A DNA stretch of 64,000 nucleotides, taken from an uncultured bacterium. Lineage in GTDB: Bacteria > Vulcanimicrobiota > Xenobia > Xenobiales > Xenobiaceae. The stretch lies in assembly GCA_934644775.1 (NCBI GenBank), contig CAKUDB010000011.1, forward strand, positions 1,118-65,117. The letters run 5' to 3'. A program made the translations under genes and the position numbers. The notes beneath the pieces were generated by a model. It did no database searches. It was not told where the DNA came from and saw nothing but the letters and a program-made list of their open reading frames with translations. This document shows, piece by piece, positions 37,314 to 48,386 of the stretch; position 1 is the stretch's first letter; each line of letters starts with the position of its first letter.

Positions 37314-38840
37314 ATGTCTGAGGCTAAGTTTGCGAATTTGAGTATAGAAGATAAAGCTGCTCAGCTAATTATGATCGATCTTCCCGACCGCGAGTTGGGA
37401 GAGAAGAGCGCTAAACATTTAAGCACTCACGCTTGGAACGGCGTTATTCTTTTTGCCAAAAATGTTCACGATCGCCAGCAAGTAAACGAACTTATAAGAG
37501 CTATCCATAAAAATGCCAAAATAGCTCCTTTTATAGCTGTCGACCAGGAAGGCGGCTTAGTAGATCGTTTCCGCTATCCTGAGATGAGCTTATCTCCAGG
37601 CGCTATGGCTTTAGGCGTAACTAATAGCGAAGATAAGGTTTACCAAGCCCATCGCATTATGGGCGAAGAACTGCGCGATTTGGGCGTCCATATCGATTTT
37701 GCCCCCTGTCTAGACGTTAATAATAATCCCCGCAACCCTATTATCGGCGTGCGCTCCTTTTCTGCCAATCCACATAAAGTTGCAAGCTTGGGTTGTGCAG
37801 CTATTCGCGGTCTCCGGGACGGCGGCGTCATTCCTACAGCCAAACATTTTCCCGGCCATGGCAATACCGACACCGATTCACATTTAGCTTTACCATCCAT
37901 AAAGGGAACTCGTCAACAACTTGAAACTACAGAGCTTATTCCGTTTAAAGCTGCTATCAAAGAAAATGTGGAAGCCATTATGACAGCCCATATCGTCTTT
38001 CCCGCTTTAGACGCCAAACTGCCTGCCACTCTTTCCAAGACAATTTTAACCGGACTCTTACGCCAAGAGCTGGGTTACGAGGGAGTAATCGTTACCGATT
38101 CTCTATCTATGAAGTCGATTGCTAATACTTGGGGCTTTGGCGAAGCCACAGTTATGTCCATAGAAGCCGACGCTGATTTGGTTCTGGCTTTAGGCACTTT
38201 TGAACAGCAGCTAGAATCTCTTAATGCGTTGATAGAAGCAGTAAAAAATGGACGTATCAGCGAAAAACGTTTGGATGAATCCTTGATCCGCTTAGAGAAA
38301 CTGCGCCGCAATCATCAGGAACTTCCTCAAGAAGAGATAAAACACACCGAAGAGCACCGCGCCATTATGAGTAAAATTATTGCTCAAACTGCTGTAATTT
38401 TGCGTAACCATAACAACTTATTACCTCTGCACTTGCCCCAAGACGCTAAAGTGGCAGTTGTTTCTCCCGATCTATTGCCCCAAAGTCCTTTGGGAGAGGT
38501 CTCCCAAACGCTCAATTTAGCCCCTATGTTAGCTAAATATGGGATTGAAGCTCAAGAATTTAAGTTTAATATGGCTAGCTTCGGCCCGCCTTTAAATCAA
38601 TTAGTCCGCGATTTGCAAGGATTCGATTATGTGATTTTAGCTCTTTATGCCCGAGGTCAGCTTTCCGATTCACAAAAAGAGTTAGCCCGAGAGATTCCCC
38701 AAGTGTGCTCTAATACGATAGTTTTGCCACTCTCCAGTCCATATTTCCTGGAAGATATGGCTTGGATCGGTACAGCTGTAACTGCTTATAATTATAGTCC
38801 AGCTTCTCTGGAAGCTGCCTTGGCAAAGATTTTTGCTTAA
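37314..38840 (+). CDS. nagZ: beta-N-acetylhexosaminidase (glycoside hydrolase family 3, NagZ-like)
   Basis: GH3 N-terminal domain with KHFPGHGNTDTDSH catalytic region. Confidence 0.85.
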   Translation: MSEAKFANLSIEDKAAQLIMIDLPDRELGEKSAKHLSTHAWNGVILFAKNVHDRQQVNELIRAIHKNAKIAPFIAVDQEGGLVDRFRYPEMSLSPGAMALGVTNSEDKVYQAHRIMGEELRDLGVHIDFAPCLDVNNNPRNPIIGVRSFSANPHKVASLGCAAIRGLRDGGVIPTAKHFPGHGNTDTDSHLALPSIKGTRQQLETTELIPFKAAIKENVEAIMTAHIVFPALDAKLPATLSKTILTGLLRQELGYEGVIVTDSLSMKSIANTWGFGEATVMSIEADADLVLALGTFEQQLESLNALIEAVKNGRISEKRLDESLIRLEKLRRNHQELPQEEIKHTEEHRAIMSKIIAQTAVILRNHNNLLPLHLPQDAKVAVVSPDLLPQSPLGEVSQTLNLAPMLAKYGIEAQEFKFNMASFGPPLNQLVRDLQGFDYVILALYARGQLSDSQKELAREIPQVCSNTIVLPLSSPYFLEDMAWIGTAVTAYNYSPASLEAALAKIFA

Positions 38841-38861
38841 AAATTAGCTATTACTATCTAT

Positions 38862-38900
38862 AAAAAAACGCTGCCCTAACCGACTAGAGCAGCGTTTTTG
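38862..38900. terminator. bidirectional terminator between convergent nagZ and 38915..39406
   Basis: AAACGCTGC (38866-38874)/GCAGCGTTT (38889-38897) flanked by A7 and T5. Confidence 0.6.
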
Positions 38901-38914
38901 CGTATTAGGAAAGA

Positions 38915-39406
38915 CTAGTTGTGGGGCGGAAAAACGGCTATAAACTTTACAATTCCATTCTCCACTTGGAATCCCAAACCAATACTTTTATAAGCATAGA
39001 AAGATTGTTTGGGCTGACTTTTAGCTGTAGGTAATTCGTGGGCTAAATAATCCTTGCCGTAAGCAGCCATAAATTTAGCTTGCGGATCGCCAACCTGGAT
39101 ACCTTTGGAAGTGACAATACCAGGTTTATCAATATAAATTTGGTAAGCAGTGGCATTGCTGTCGTAGTTGATTTGGACGCCGTTAAGGTAATAAATCCAA
39201 AATGGGCGTTTATGACCTATAAAAGCATGATCGGCTTTAGGGTTGCGTTGGACAATTTGCTCACATTTGCTAATAGGCATACCTATACTTAAAGGGCCTA
39301 CTCCCTTACCCGGACGTACATCCCAATTGCTCTGAGCTGCAGCCACGCCAATCAAAAGGCCCACAGCTATGATTACAGCCAAAATAAGTCTGCTTATTTT
39401 ACGCAT
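38915..39406 (-). CDS. hypothetical secreted protein (signal peptide)
   Basis: MRKISRLILAVIIAVGLLIGVAAAQSNW signal peptide; no recognisable domain. Confidence 0.55.
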   Translation of the reverse strand: MRKISRLILAVIIAVGLLIGVAAAQSNWDVRPGKGVGPLSIGMPISKCEQIVQRNPKADHAFIGHKRPFWIYYLNGVQINYDSNATAYQIYIDKPGIVTSKGIQVGDPQAKFMAAYGKDYLAHELPTAKSQPKQSFYAYKSIGLGFQVENGIVKFIAVFPPHN

Positions 39407-39529
39407 AGAATCTTCCTTTGCCAGCTAAAAAAATTACTGCGAAAACTATACTTTTTTTTCGCTCACTAAATATTTAAGCCAAAACTTGACCCCTTGTTTT
39501 CTTAGCCGAAGCCGCCTTTCCTTTGCAAC

Positions 39530-40006
39530 TTATTTTTCTTCACCGATTACTTCCATACGATTGCGTAAGATATAATCTTTGCGATTATAATATTCGTTGC
39601 GCAAAGTATCACACTCAGCTAAAGCCTGGCGAAAAGCAGCCACAGTTGTGTAAGTATGGGAGGGGATATGTTCTTCAGTTTGCTCATACTCAGTGTGGCT
39701 CCCAGAAATACCGTGAGCATTAACCGTAGTGTTTGAATAACTTGTCGTTTTGGGAGCTTTTTCACTAGCTAGGGTAGCTAAAGCAGCCAGAACCTGATGG
39801 CGCTGGGTAATATATTTAATATACAAACCGTGCAATTCACGGATAGCGTTGCTCGGCGAAGTAACTTCCCCAGCGACAGAAAGTAAAGTCTGGCTGACCG
39901 GCATGGCATTTTTATCCAAGAATTTACTCAGCTCAGCAAACGAAAGTTTGTTACTTTGAATAATTAAATAACGCAAATCGTTATCGTATTTTTCTGCCGC
40001 TTTCAT
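39530..40006 (-). CDS. hypothetical protein
   Basis: 158-aa ORF, ATG start, in-frame upstream TGA; coding-like composition. Confidence 0.5.
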   Translation of the reverse strand: MKAAEKYDNDLRYLIIQSNKLSFAELSKFLDKNAMPVSQTLLSVAGEVTSPSNAIRELHGLYIKYITQRHQVLAALATLASEKAPKTTSYSNTTVNAHGISGSHTEYEQTEEHIPSHTYTTVAAFRQALAECDTLRNEYYNRKDYILRNRMEVIGEEK

Positions 40007-40561
40007 TTTATAGAGATAGTCGTTAATAATTTTATTGACTCTAGTTTTGTCTATTAGCTGAATTTCAGCTCGGTTATCTAATTCGACTACTTCATATTTT
40101 ACCTCCGGCTGCCGCTCAGCTTGGGCTGGGTAGCTAAATAAAGTAATTCCGCTAGCTACGTATCAAAATCTAAAACTGCGACAGTGTAAGGGCCACCGGG
40201 GGCAGACGCACTTTGAGCCTGAGCCATCAAAGGCAACCAGAAACACCCCAAAGTTAAAACTAATAAAATAGAAAGAGCTTACTGCGAAAATTCATAACTG
40301 GGCTCCTAAGAGAAATATCGGCAATTTGCTAGGCACTTATTAGAATATGCACTATAAACACCCATTCTTATATACCACAAATAAGTCATTATTACCATAC
40401 ACCATCATTATACCGTATTTACCTTAGTAAACCTAGTTTAGTAAAGGTGCTTTTGATTATCTAAGCGCTCTATTGGCCCTACACATTTACAAAATCTAAT
40501 ATAAGGACGAAGCTCCTTTTGCTTTATAGACATAGAAGGTGAGAGCGTCAATTTTACGAAA

Positions 40562-40600
40562 TGGCCGGGGTGGGTTGTTGAGAGCCCTGGGGCCTTTTTT
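40562..40600 (+). terminator. orphan intrinsic terminator on + strand with no upstream annotated ORF (sRNA 3' end or attenuator of the downstream gene)
   Basis: GGCCGGGG...CCCTGGGGCC imperfect GC-rich hairpin (40562-40592) followed by T7 (40593-40599), 57 nt before the ATG at 40657. Confidence 0.5.
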
Positions 40601-40656
40601 TAAGCCAGGTAATTGACAGCACGCTTATTCTGCTTTGATTTGGAGAATAGTTAGAG

Positions 40657-41073
40657 ATGATCAATATAAAGAAATTGCTTGACGAAGCCGAGTTAGAGTA
40701 CGAAGTCGATGACGACGGCGATTATCAACTGGTTATGAATTTAGCTGATGACGACGAAGACGAAGATGAGGCCCGCACTCAAGTAGTAGTTATCGCTGCC
40801 GAAGCTCAGGAAGCCGGTTGTGCCGAGTTTGTCCATATCTATTCTAAAGCTGCTGACATTGACGATATTCCCGAAGAAGATTTACTCGACTTACTCAAAG
40901 AGAATAGCCAATATTCCTGCGGCGCTTGGGAAGTAGCTGGCGACAATTTACTTTTCAATTGCAAAGTTTTGGCTAATAAATTGTCTAGTGAAGAGTTGGT
41001 AGACATTATCTCGATCGCTGCTAGAACTGCCGACGAAAAAGAAGCGGAATATTCCGACGAAGATATTAACTAA
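40657..41073 (+). CDS. acidic hypothetical protein, YbjN-like (putative sensory transduction regulator/chaperone-like) by composition
   Basis: 138 aa, pI very acidic (DDDGDYQ, DDDEDEDE); size and acidic N-terminus resemble the YbjN family; low confidence on family. Confidence 0.55.
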   Translation: MINIKKLLDEAELEYEVDDDGDYQLVMNLADDDEDEDEARTQVVVIAAEAQEAGCAEFVHIYSKAADIDDIPEEDLLDLLKENSQYSCGAWEVAGDNLLFNCKVLANKLSSEELVDIISIAARTADEKEAEYSDEDIN

Positions 41074-41084
41074 AAGCGATCGTC

Positions 41085-41152
41085 TTTTATAAATAAGTAG
41101 AGCCCCCGGCCAGATGTAATTTGAAAACAGGTTTTCAAATTAGCCTAGGCCG
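41085..41152. terminator. bidirectional terminator between convergent genes (long GC-rich hairpin)
   Basis: AGCCCCCGGCC (41091-41101)/GGCCGGGGGCT (41138-41148) with a perfect inner palindrome AATTTGAAAAC-AGG-GTTTTCAAATT; TTTT follows. Confidence 0.65.
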
Positions 41153-41210
41153 GGGGCTTTTAACTAGCTTGGGCCCAACACTAGGCAGCGGCCAGGGGCG
41201 CTTGTCTACC

Positions 41211-41897
41211 CTAGCTTAAAGTAGCAATAACAGTTTGCCAAGCCCTCTTTACTTCTTCAGGTTGCAGCTTGGCAAAACCTAAAGTGTACAAATCGATGCC
41301 GGGCTGGCCACCGGGAATAAGTTTAAGCAAAAGATCAGTATCATAGCGGCGCACGATAACACCATGTTGCAACAATTTGCCGTTATGGCGTACTTGGGCG
41401 CTGCCCACAAACTTGCGTCCTAAAGCGGTAATTTCTCCTGGAGCGGTGACCGCCATACAAGAAGGGTGGGAAGCGCCGCTAGGTATAGAGCCATCTGTAG
41501 CCGCCTTTACTGGCAAGCCAAGATGTTGCAGAGCTTGGCCCAAAACGGCAGCAATATCGACAAAAGCCTTAGCTATTTTTAGGCGGCTATCCACTTCAGG
41601 CACAATCACAGCATAGGTAATCTCTCCAGGCATATGTAATAGAGCCCGGCCACCAGTAGGACGGCGCACTACTTCTACTTGACAAGCGCGACAACAGGCT
41701 GCCTCTACCCAGCGATCGTTTTGGTTGCGTCCCAAACTTAAAGTCGGCTGTTTCCAAGTGTAAAGGCGCAAAATGGGCTCTTGGCACCCTTCCAGCAATT
41801 GCCAATCGCGAGCCATATTTTCAGCCCCACTAAAAGGTGGATCGACAATATAGTGCCAAGAGGCAGCCGGATATTTTTTCAAAAAATTTCCTTCCAT
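41211..41897 (-). CDS. lipoate-protein ligase A / octanoyltransferase family protein (BPL/LPL catalytic domain only)
   Basis: RRPTGGRALLHMPGEITYAVI matches the LplA/LipM RRxxGGGAVxHD region; 228 aa; last gene after gcvPB, consistent with GcvH lipoylation. Confidence 0.75.
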   Translation of the reverse strand: MEGNFLKKYPAASWHYIVDPPFSGAENMARDWQLLEGCQEPILRLYTWKQPTLSLGRNQNDRWVEAACCRACQVEVVRRPTGGRALLHMPGEITYAVIVPEVDSRLKIAKAFVDIAAVLGQALQHLGLPVKAATDGSIPSGASHPSCMAVTAPGEITALGRKFVGSAQVRHNGKLLQHGVIVRRYDTDLLLKLIPGGQPGIDLYTLGFAKLQPEEVKRAWQTVIATLS

Positions 41898-41993
41898 GCT
41901 CTCAAGTTACTCCTTTACCTAAGAAAAGCTCCCCCTGCCCTTTTTAAGAAGCAACAAGAGGAGCTTTCCCACCAAGTTACTGGTTAAACCCAA

Positions 41994-43433
41994 CTACTTA
42001 GGCTGTTGCAAAATAGGTTTGCGAGCCGCTTTAGTTTCGTCAAGCCTAGTTACGGGTAAATTTCGGGGAATATCGTGCAAGCTCTGGCCACTTTCGTGAG
42101 CGGCTATATCGAGCATAGCGGCGATAAATTCATCCATAACTTCCTTACTCTCAGTTTCAGTAGGCTCGATCATTAAAGCCTCCTCTACTATCAGAGGGAA
42201 ATAAATAGTAGGAGCATGGAATCCTTTATCAAGCAACGCCTTAGCAATATCCAAAGCATGTAAGCCTTTAGTCTTTTTTAATTCAGCAGCCGAAAGGACA
42301 AATTCGTGCATACAAATTCTGTCAAAAGGCAGCTGATAAGCTCCTTTTAAGCGGACGCGCATATAATTGGCTGCCAACACGGCCAAACGACTGGCCTGGC
42401 GTAGACCTTCGGCTCCTAAAGAGCGTATATAAGCGTAGGCTTTGACCAATACTAGGAAATTGCCCCAGAACAGGCGCACACGACCGATAGTCTTTTCCGC
42501 TTTCTCTAAAGCGAAACCTTGGTCGGTCTTAGCTACTATGGGGCCGGGCAAGAAAGCAGCCAATTTACCTTTAGCTCCTACCGGGCCGCTGCCAGGGCCT
42601 CCGCCGCCGTGAGGAGTGGAAAAGGTTTTGTGTAAATTGAGATGTACCATATCGAAGCCCATATCGCCCGGCCTGGCAATGCCCATTAAAGCATTCATAT
42701 TGGCACCGTCGTAATAAACGAGTGCGCCAGCTTCATGAAGGATACGACATATCTCTTCGATATGGGCCTCAAATAACCCCAAAGTGCTAGGATTAGTCAA
42801 CATTAAAGCGGCTACCTGAGGACTCATATTGGCCCGGAGAGCTTCAATATCGACCGAACCGTCGGCTGCTGAAGGGATAGTGACAACCTCAAAACCGGCT
42901 AGAGCGGCTGAAGCCGGATTAGTACCGTGCGAAGAGTCGGGAACTATAATAATATGACGCTCCTGACCTAAAGAGCGGAAATAGGAGGCAATGGTAAATA
43001 GGGCGGTAACTTCGCCGTGGGCTCCGGCAGAAGGCTGCAAGGTAATACTGTCCATGCCAGTAATTTCGGCTAAGCTCTCTTGCAATTCATACATAAGTTG
43101 CAAGGCACCCTGGACATGTTCGCCTTCTGTAAGAGGATGAATATTAGTAAAGCCCGGCAAAGCGGCCACCGTTTCGTTTACTCGGGGATTGTACTTCATA
43201 GTACAAGATCCTAAAGGATAAAATTGGGTATCTACCGAGTAATTTTTTTGCGAAAGGCCTACAAAATGGCGCATAACCTCCAATTCGGAAAGTTCTGGCA
43301 ATTGTAAAGGTTCTTGGCGCAACATAGAAGCAGGAATAAGCTCGGCTTCTTTTATAGGCGGACAGTCGCTCTGAGGAGGCATAGTACCAAGCCGACCGGG
43401 ATGGGACTTTTCAAATAAGGTCTTAGTAGTCAT
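41994..43433 (-). CDS. gcvPB: glycine dehydrogenase (decarboxylating) subunit 2
   Basis: PLP-lysine region [18 protein letters not shown]; 479 aa. Confidence 0.92.
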   Translation of the reverse strand: MTTKTLFEKSHPGRLGTMPPQSDCPPIKEAELIPASMLRQEPLQLPELSELEVMRHFVGLSQKNYSVDTQFYPLGSCTMKYNPRVNETVAALPGFTNIHPLTEGEHVQGALQLMYELQESLAEITGMDSITLQPSAGAHGEVTALFTIASYFRSLGQERHIIIVPDSSHGTNPASAALAGFEVVTIPSAADGSVDIEALRANMSPQVAALMLTNPSTLGLFEAHIEEICRILHEAGALVYYDGANMNALMGIARPGDMGFDMVHLNLHKTFSTPHGGGGPGSGPVGAKGKLAAFLPGPIVAKTDQGFALEKAEKTIGRVRLFWGNFLVLVKAYAYIRSLGAEGLRQASRLAVLAANYMRVRLKGAYQLPFDRICMHEFVLSAAELKKTKGLHALDIAKALLDKGFHAPTIYFPLIVEEALMIEPTETESKEVMDEFIAAMLDIAAHESGQSLHDIPRNLPVTRLDETKAARKPILQQPK

Positions 43434-43441
43434 TTTTGATG

Positions 43442-44785
43442 CTAAGCCTCCTTCCCATGTTCTAAAGCAGCGACAAGTTCATCGATTTGGGCCGCCTTAG
43501 TCAACTCGGTACAACATAAAAGCATACAGTCAGCTAATTCTGGATAATCTTTTTCCAATAAGTAGCCGCTCTGGATACCTTCATTAGCTAAATACTGTCT
43601 AAGCTCAGTAGCCCTACCCGACGGACAACGCAAGACAAATTCGTTATAAGTGGGGCCGGAGAGAGGCAGCGAGAAACCTTCAAGATCAGAGACTTGCTCT
43701 TTAAGATAAGTAGAACTTTGTAAAGAACTTACAGCCGCTTTTCTTAAACCCACAGGGCCCAAAAGGCTAAGATAGATAGTAGTAGCCAAAGCACACAGGG
43801 CTTGGTTGGAGCAAATATTGGAAGAAGCCTTCTCGCGGCGAATATGTTGCTCGCGAGCTTGCAAAGTTAAACAAAAACCGCGACGCCCTTGAGCATCTTC
43901 AGTTAAACCTACCAAGCGGCCGGGAATACGGCGCATAAGCTTACTAGTACAAGCCAAGAAACCGACATAGGGGCCACCGTAAGCTACTGGATTACCCAAA
44001 GCTTGGGCATCGCCGCAACAAATATCGGCACCATATTCTCCTGGCGAGCGCAATAAAGCTAAACATACAGGGTCGGACACTTCTACAATAGCTAAAGCTC
44101 CGCCAGCATGAGCCTTCTGGCAAAGGGCCGGGCCATCTTCAATAACGCCCAAGAAATTGGGATTTTGTACCAAAACAGCTGCCGTATCGGTGCCGACTTC
44201 GGCTAAATCGGTCTGGCCGCTGCCAGGATCGAGCGGAATCTCTTCCACAATTACAGAACTGTCGGCCAGATAGGTGGCGATAATTTCACGAATTTGGGGA
44301 TGGACACCGCGTGAAACTAACACTTTATTGCGCCTAGTTTGGGCTAGAGCCATAAGAATGGCGTCGGCAGCAGCAGTACCACCATCATAAACGGAAGCGT
44401 TGGCTACATCGAGACCAGTTAAGCGACAAATTAAACTTTGGAATTCAAAAATAGTCTGTAAAGTACCCTGGCTGGCTTCAGCTTGGTAAGGTGTATAGGC
44501 GGTTAAGAACTCGGAGCGCTCTATAATATGGTTGACGATAGAAGGAATAAAATGGCTATAAGCGCCCGCCCCTAAGAAGCTTCCTCCGCTAAATAGACAA
44601 TTGCAATCGGCTAAACTTTTAAAGTAGTTGGTTAAATCATACTCACTTAAAGCTTCAGGCAATTGCAAAGGGCGATTTAAGAGCAACTTTTGGGGAATAG
44701 AAGCAAAAAGTTCTTCCCAAGAGGCGACGCCTACTTCAGCCAGCATAGCTTCTATATCGGCTGGAGTATGGGGAGTATAGGTCAA
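43442..44785 (-). CDS. gcvPA: glycine dehydrogenase (decarboxylating) subunit 1
   Basis: 447 aa; [21 protein letters not shown]-terminus typical of GcvPA. Confidence 0.92.
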   Translation of the reverse strand: MTYTPHTPADIEAMLAEVGVASWEELFASIPQKLLLNRPLQLPEALSEYDLTNYFKSLADCNCLFSGGSFLGAGAYSHFIPSIVNHIIERSEFLTAYTPYQAEASQGTLQTIFEFQSLICRLTGLDVANASVYDGGTAAADAILMALAQTRRNKVLVSRGVHPQIREIIATYLADSSVIVEEIPLDPGSGQTDLAEVGTDTAAVLVQNPNFLGVIEDGPALCQKAHAGGALAIVEVSDPVCLALLRSPGEYGADICCGDAQALGNPVAYGGPYVGFLACTSKLMRRIPGRLVGLTEDAQGRRGFCLTLQAREQHIRREKASSNICSNQALCALATTIYLSLLGPVGLRKAAVSSLQSSTYLKEQVSDLEGFSLPLSGPTYNEFVLRCPSGRATELRQYLANEGIQSGYLLEKDYPELADCMLLCCTELTKAAQIDELVAALEHGKEA

Positions 44786-45184
44786 CTAAGCATCCTCCGT
44801 AATCTTCTTGTAAGCGGCGGCATCTAAAAGATTATCCAAATCGGCCGGATTGCTCATTTTAATACGAGCGATCCAACCTTTACCAAAGGGCTCTTGGTTA
44901 ATAATTTCAGGAGTAAATTCATCATTATCTTCACAAAGGCAAGGATTTACCTCTATAACTTCGCCACTAATGGGAGCATACATATCAGATACGGTTTTGA
45001 CAGACTCTACGGTGCCTAAAGGCTCACCTTGAGAGTATAATTTGCCCACTTCAGGGACTTCGACAAAGACAATATCACCCAATTGTTCTTGGGCAAAATA
45101 GGTAATGCCTACTACTGCTACGTTATCTTCGAGTACACGTACCCATTCGTGATCGTTGGTATATTTAAGATCCTGAGGAATCAT
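44786..45184 (-). CDS. gcvH: glycine cleavage system H protein
   Basis: 132 aa; lipoyl-lysine motif ESVKTVSD. Confidence 0.92.
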   Translation of the reverse strand: MIPQDLKYTNDHEWVRVLEDNVAVVGITYFAQEQLGDIVFVEVPEVGKLYSQGEPLGTVESVKTVSDMYAPISGEVIEVNPCLCEDNDEFTPEIINQEPFGKGWIARIKMSNPADLDNLLDAAAYKKITEDA

Positions 45185-45304
45185 AGTGAATCTCCTTAAT
45201 TGCTGAGAAGTTTTGCCAATAGATCTGCCGATTTATCGACAGAAAGATGCTCAACCGAAAAAGGCAGCCCCTTCCCGATTAAAAAAGAGCCGCCCTTAGA
45301 AAAA

Positions 45305-46417
45305 TTAACGGCGCACGCTGCCGCGCACGAAGGGAGGACGCTGCACCAAAGCTGATTCATGACGATTGGGACGGACTCTAATATTTAGCTCTCCACCCTC
45401 TTTTTTATAGATACTCTTAACTAAAGCCAAACAAATTCCCCGCCCTAAAGAGGGAGAGAAAGTACCACTGGTGACTACTCCGATCTCCTGACCTTGCTCA
45501 TTTTCGACGATATGCCCTTGGCGAGGAATAGTTCTACCTCGCATAACTAAACCGACAATAGCCGTCTGGGCTCCATGCTCTTTTTGAGCCTTAAGCACAT
45601 CTTTACCTATAAAATCGCTATCGGTAAAGCGCACAACCCAACCCAACGAAGTGTTGATAGGGGTGGTATTTTCGGTGATTTCGTGGCCATAGAGCGAATA
45701 TCCAGCCTCTAAACGCAAGGTATCACGGGCACCCAAACCGATAGGCAAACACCCTTCCTGGCGCAGAGCTTCCCAAACTTTAGGAGCTTCTTTCCAGGGA
45801 ATATAAATTTCGAAACCATCTTCGCCAGTATAGCCAGTGCGGGAAATAACCACTTCCTGCCCTTGGAAATCTCCCCTGGTCAAATGGTAATAAGCTAAAG
45901 GCTCCAGGTCGGTAGTGGTAAAAGGTTGCAATACCGTTTGAGCTTTAGGCCCCTGAATAGCAATTAAAGCCGTCTCTAAAGAGAGATCTTTAAGCTGAAC
46001 TTGGCCTTTAAGGTGGGCTTTAATCCATTCGTAATCTTTGGTGCTATTGGCAGCATTAACTACCAGCCAGTAATAAGGAAAGCCTTCAGCGGTATCTGGG
46101 AAACGGTAGACGATCAAATCGTCGATAATCATGCCATTTTCTCGGCACATACAAGTATACATGCACTGGCCTTCAACCAGGCGATGTATATCGTTAGTAA
46201 TTAAACTGTCAACAAATGTAGAAGCATCGGGGCCAGTAATTTCAAATTCACCCATGTGAGTTAGATCAAAAATGCCTACTTCAGAACGTACAGCCAAATG
46301 TTCACTTTTAATACCGGTATATTCTACAGGCATTTCCCAGTCGGCAAAATCGACGATTCTGGCACCGTCACGTTGGTGAGCCTCATACAGAGGAGTGCGC
46401 AAAAGTTTATTAGCCAC
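45305..46417 (-). CDS. gcvT: glycine cleavage system aminomethyltransferase T
   Basis: 370 aa; GTG start with AAGGAG RBS; typical GcvT N-terminus [10 protein letters not shown]...[15 protein letters not shown]. Confidence 0.92.
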   Translation of the reverse strand: MANKLLRTPLYEAHQRDGARIVDFADWEMPVEYTGIKSEHLAVRSEVGIFDLTHMGEFEITGPDASTFVDSLITNDIHRLVEGQCMYTCMCRENGMIIDDLIVYRFPDTAEGFPYYWLVVNAANSTKDYEWIKAHLKGQVQLKDLSLETALIAIQGPKAQTVLQPFTTTDLEPLAYYHLTRGDFQGQEVVISRTGYTGEDGFEIYIPWKEAPKVWEALRQEGCLPIGLGARDTLRLEAGYSLYGHEITENTTPINTSLGWVVRFTDSDFIGKDVLKAQKEHGAQTAIVGLVMRGRTIPRQGHIVENEQGQEIGVVTSGTFSPSLGRGICLALVKSIYKKEGGELNIRVRPNRHESALVQRPPFVRGSVRR

Positions 46418-46598
46418 AACATGCTCCTTTACTGCGTAGCCACTGTCAATTTGGCCCTACGCTTCAAGCTCTCTGCCTTACCTTTTATCTAAAACAGAGA
46501 AAAGGCGTACAGCCTATGTTTTTTCTAGAAATAGGGAGAAAAAACCTACTAAAAATAGAGCCACTCTAAGAGCCAGCCCCAGAAGGCTCAAAAATAGT

Positions 46599-47627
46599 TT
46601 AGAGCCCCTTAACTATAGCCTCTATCTTCAATTTATCTTTAGCAACTTGAGCTAAAAAAGCTTCGGCGTTAGGGAAAAGGACTTGTCCACGCACCATCTC
46701 AATTAGGCTAACTTCCAAACGCCAGCCATAAAGCTCGTCGGGGCCAAATTGTCCAGGTTCACTCAAAAGGGAGACTTCCAAAACATCACCTCCGCCATCG
46801 AAAGTGGGACGGTTGCCCCAATAAGCTAAGCCCGGTAATTTAAAAACCTCGCTGGGCTTGGCCTGTGGCGATCTTTTTAGTGAGCAAAGGGCGGCAAAAA
46901 CCCCTCGAGGAGGCTTTACTAAACAAGCATCGACTTCGATATTGGCCGTAGGAAGATTTAAAGTACGGCCAACTTTACGTCCATGGATAATTGGGCCGCC
47001 AACTTTGTAGCTACGTCCCCACAAATGGCTAGCTTTAGGCAAATGGCCTCCTTCTATCAGGCGGCGCAATAAGCTCGAAGAGACAACTTCATTATTTAGA
47101 CAAAAGGGAGCAATTATTTCGGTAGAAAAATTAAATTCTGCTCCCAGACGTTGTAACATTTGTCCATTGCCCTGAGCGCCACGTCCAAAACGATAATTGT
47201 AGCCCACAACTACCTGAGCGACTTTAAGCCCCTTGAGCAAAATGTGGGCCACAAAATCTGTCGGTGCCATAGAAGCAATTTGACTATTAAAAGGCACGGC
47301 GATAGGCTCAAGCCCCATATCTCTAATAATATTCAGACGCTCTTCTAAAGGGCAAAGCAATTTTACACCCTTATCTGGAGTTAGTAACCAACTGGGATGT
47401 TCTTTAAAAGTAAAAACTAACGGACGCAAACCGCGACTTTGAGCCAGCTCTTTAGTTCTCTTAAGCAAAGCCACATGGCCGCGATGGACGCCGTCAAAAA
47501 AGCCCAGAGCGACTGCGCTGGGCTCAGAACTTAAATTCTGCTCGACCAAGATATTATTCCAAGCGGAAGGATTATTCATCGAGATAGACTTCAATATTGG
47601 CCCCTTTAAGAGCTTCCAACTTGGCAT
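46599..47627 (-). CDS. ribF: bifunctional riboflavin kinase / FMN adenylyltransferase
   Basis: VALGFFDGVHRGHVALL nucleotidyltransferase motif and C-terminal riboflavin kinase; alternative start ATG 47579 gives a Bacillus-like N-terminus length. Confidence 0.88.
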   Translation of the reverse strand: MPSWKLLKGPILKSISMNNPSAWNNILVEQNLSSEPSAVALGFFDGVHRGHVALLKRTKELAQSRGLRPLVFTFKEHPSWLLTPDKGVKLLCPLEERLNIIRDMGLEPIAVPFNSQIASMAPTDFVAHILLKGLKVAQVVVGYNYRFGRGAQGNGQMLQRLGAEFNFSTEIIAPFCLNNEVVSSSLLRRLIEGGHLPKASHLWGRSYKVGGPIIHGRKVGRTLNLPTANIEVDACLVKPPRGVFAALCSLKRSPQAKPSEVFKLPGLAYWGNRPTFDGGGDVLEVSLLSEPGQFGPDELYGWRLEVSLIEMVRGQVLFPNAEAFLAQVAKDKLKIEAIVKGL

Positions 47628-48240
47628 TAGCCTCTTGGGCAGTAGCGTAAGGGGTACTAGTAACTCGGTAGGCTATACCACCTTCTACAGGAATTTCCTG
47701 AACTAAATAAGGTACACCCTCTTGCTCTAAACGAGCTTCCAAAGAATCGACAGTCTCTTTTTGCATAAAAGAGCCAAAGAAGAGTACCCTTCCGGCGGTG
47801 CTATTTTCGACGCTAATGTTTTCCTGGGAACTGGCCTGGGAACTAGGGCTGGCCGTTCCACTATCGGAGCTATTCCCTACTACAGAAGGCGTCTCTTGGG
47901 GCGTAACATCTATAGTAGGTGTACTGTTGTTAGAAATAACCGGAGTGGGCGTTTGGCCGACCGGCTCGACAACTAGCGTATTCTCAGTCTGACTATCGAC
48001 ATTTTTATTGTTGCTTCTATCTATCTCATCTTGCTTATCTTTAGCTAAATTGACATAGATAGACGAAGTCCGAGTTGGCATAGCCGAAGCGCTCGAAACA
48101 GTATCTGCGTCAGATAAATATTTATCGACAGCCGTTTTGCCTAGCATAGCTCCTAGGACAGCGAATACCCAAATAAGAGCAAAGCTCGTAAAGATCATCC
48201 TCATCCAAAAACCATCCCGCTGCCGCTGAGCCTGAGCCAT
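47572..48240 (-). CDS. SPOR domain-containing membrane protein (peptidoglycan binding)
   Basis: C-terminal SPOR-like block RVLFFGSFMQKETVDSLEARLEQEGVPYLVQEIPVEGGIAYRVTSTPYATAQEANAKLEALKGANIEV; N-terminal TM. ATG at 48240 (AGGAGG RBS) is preferred over the track TTG 48345. Confidence 0.65.
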   Translation of the reverse strand: MAQAQRQRDGFWMRMIFTSFALIWVFAVLGAMLGKTAVDKYLSDADTVSSASAMPTRTSSIYVNLAKDKQDEIDRSNNKNVDSQTENTLVVEPVGQTPTPVISNNSTPTIDVTPQETPSVVGNSSDSGTASPSSQASSQENISVENSTAGRVLFFGSFMQKETVDSLEARLEQEGVPYLVQEIPVEGGIAYRVTSTPYATAQEANAKLEALKGANIEVYLDE

Positions 48241-48386
48241 AATATGCCAACCTCCTAAACTTAACGCAGCTCCCCAAAAATAATCAGATCTAAAGAGAGG
48301 CCTGACAGCTCCATCTATTGACGATCCAGTCAGACCTCTCACCAATTGCTGAAGAAGAGCTTTTTCCCTTCTCTAGCCAAAGGAAA

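Noticed and set aside
46418-46598. Glycine riboswitch expected upstream of gcvT
   Set aside because: The conserved aptamer motifs are absent and the region is short; a CTCTG/CAGAG stem exists but is not diagnostic
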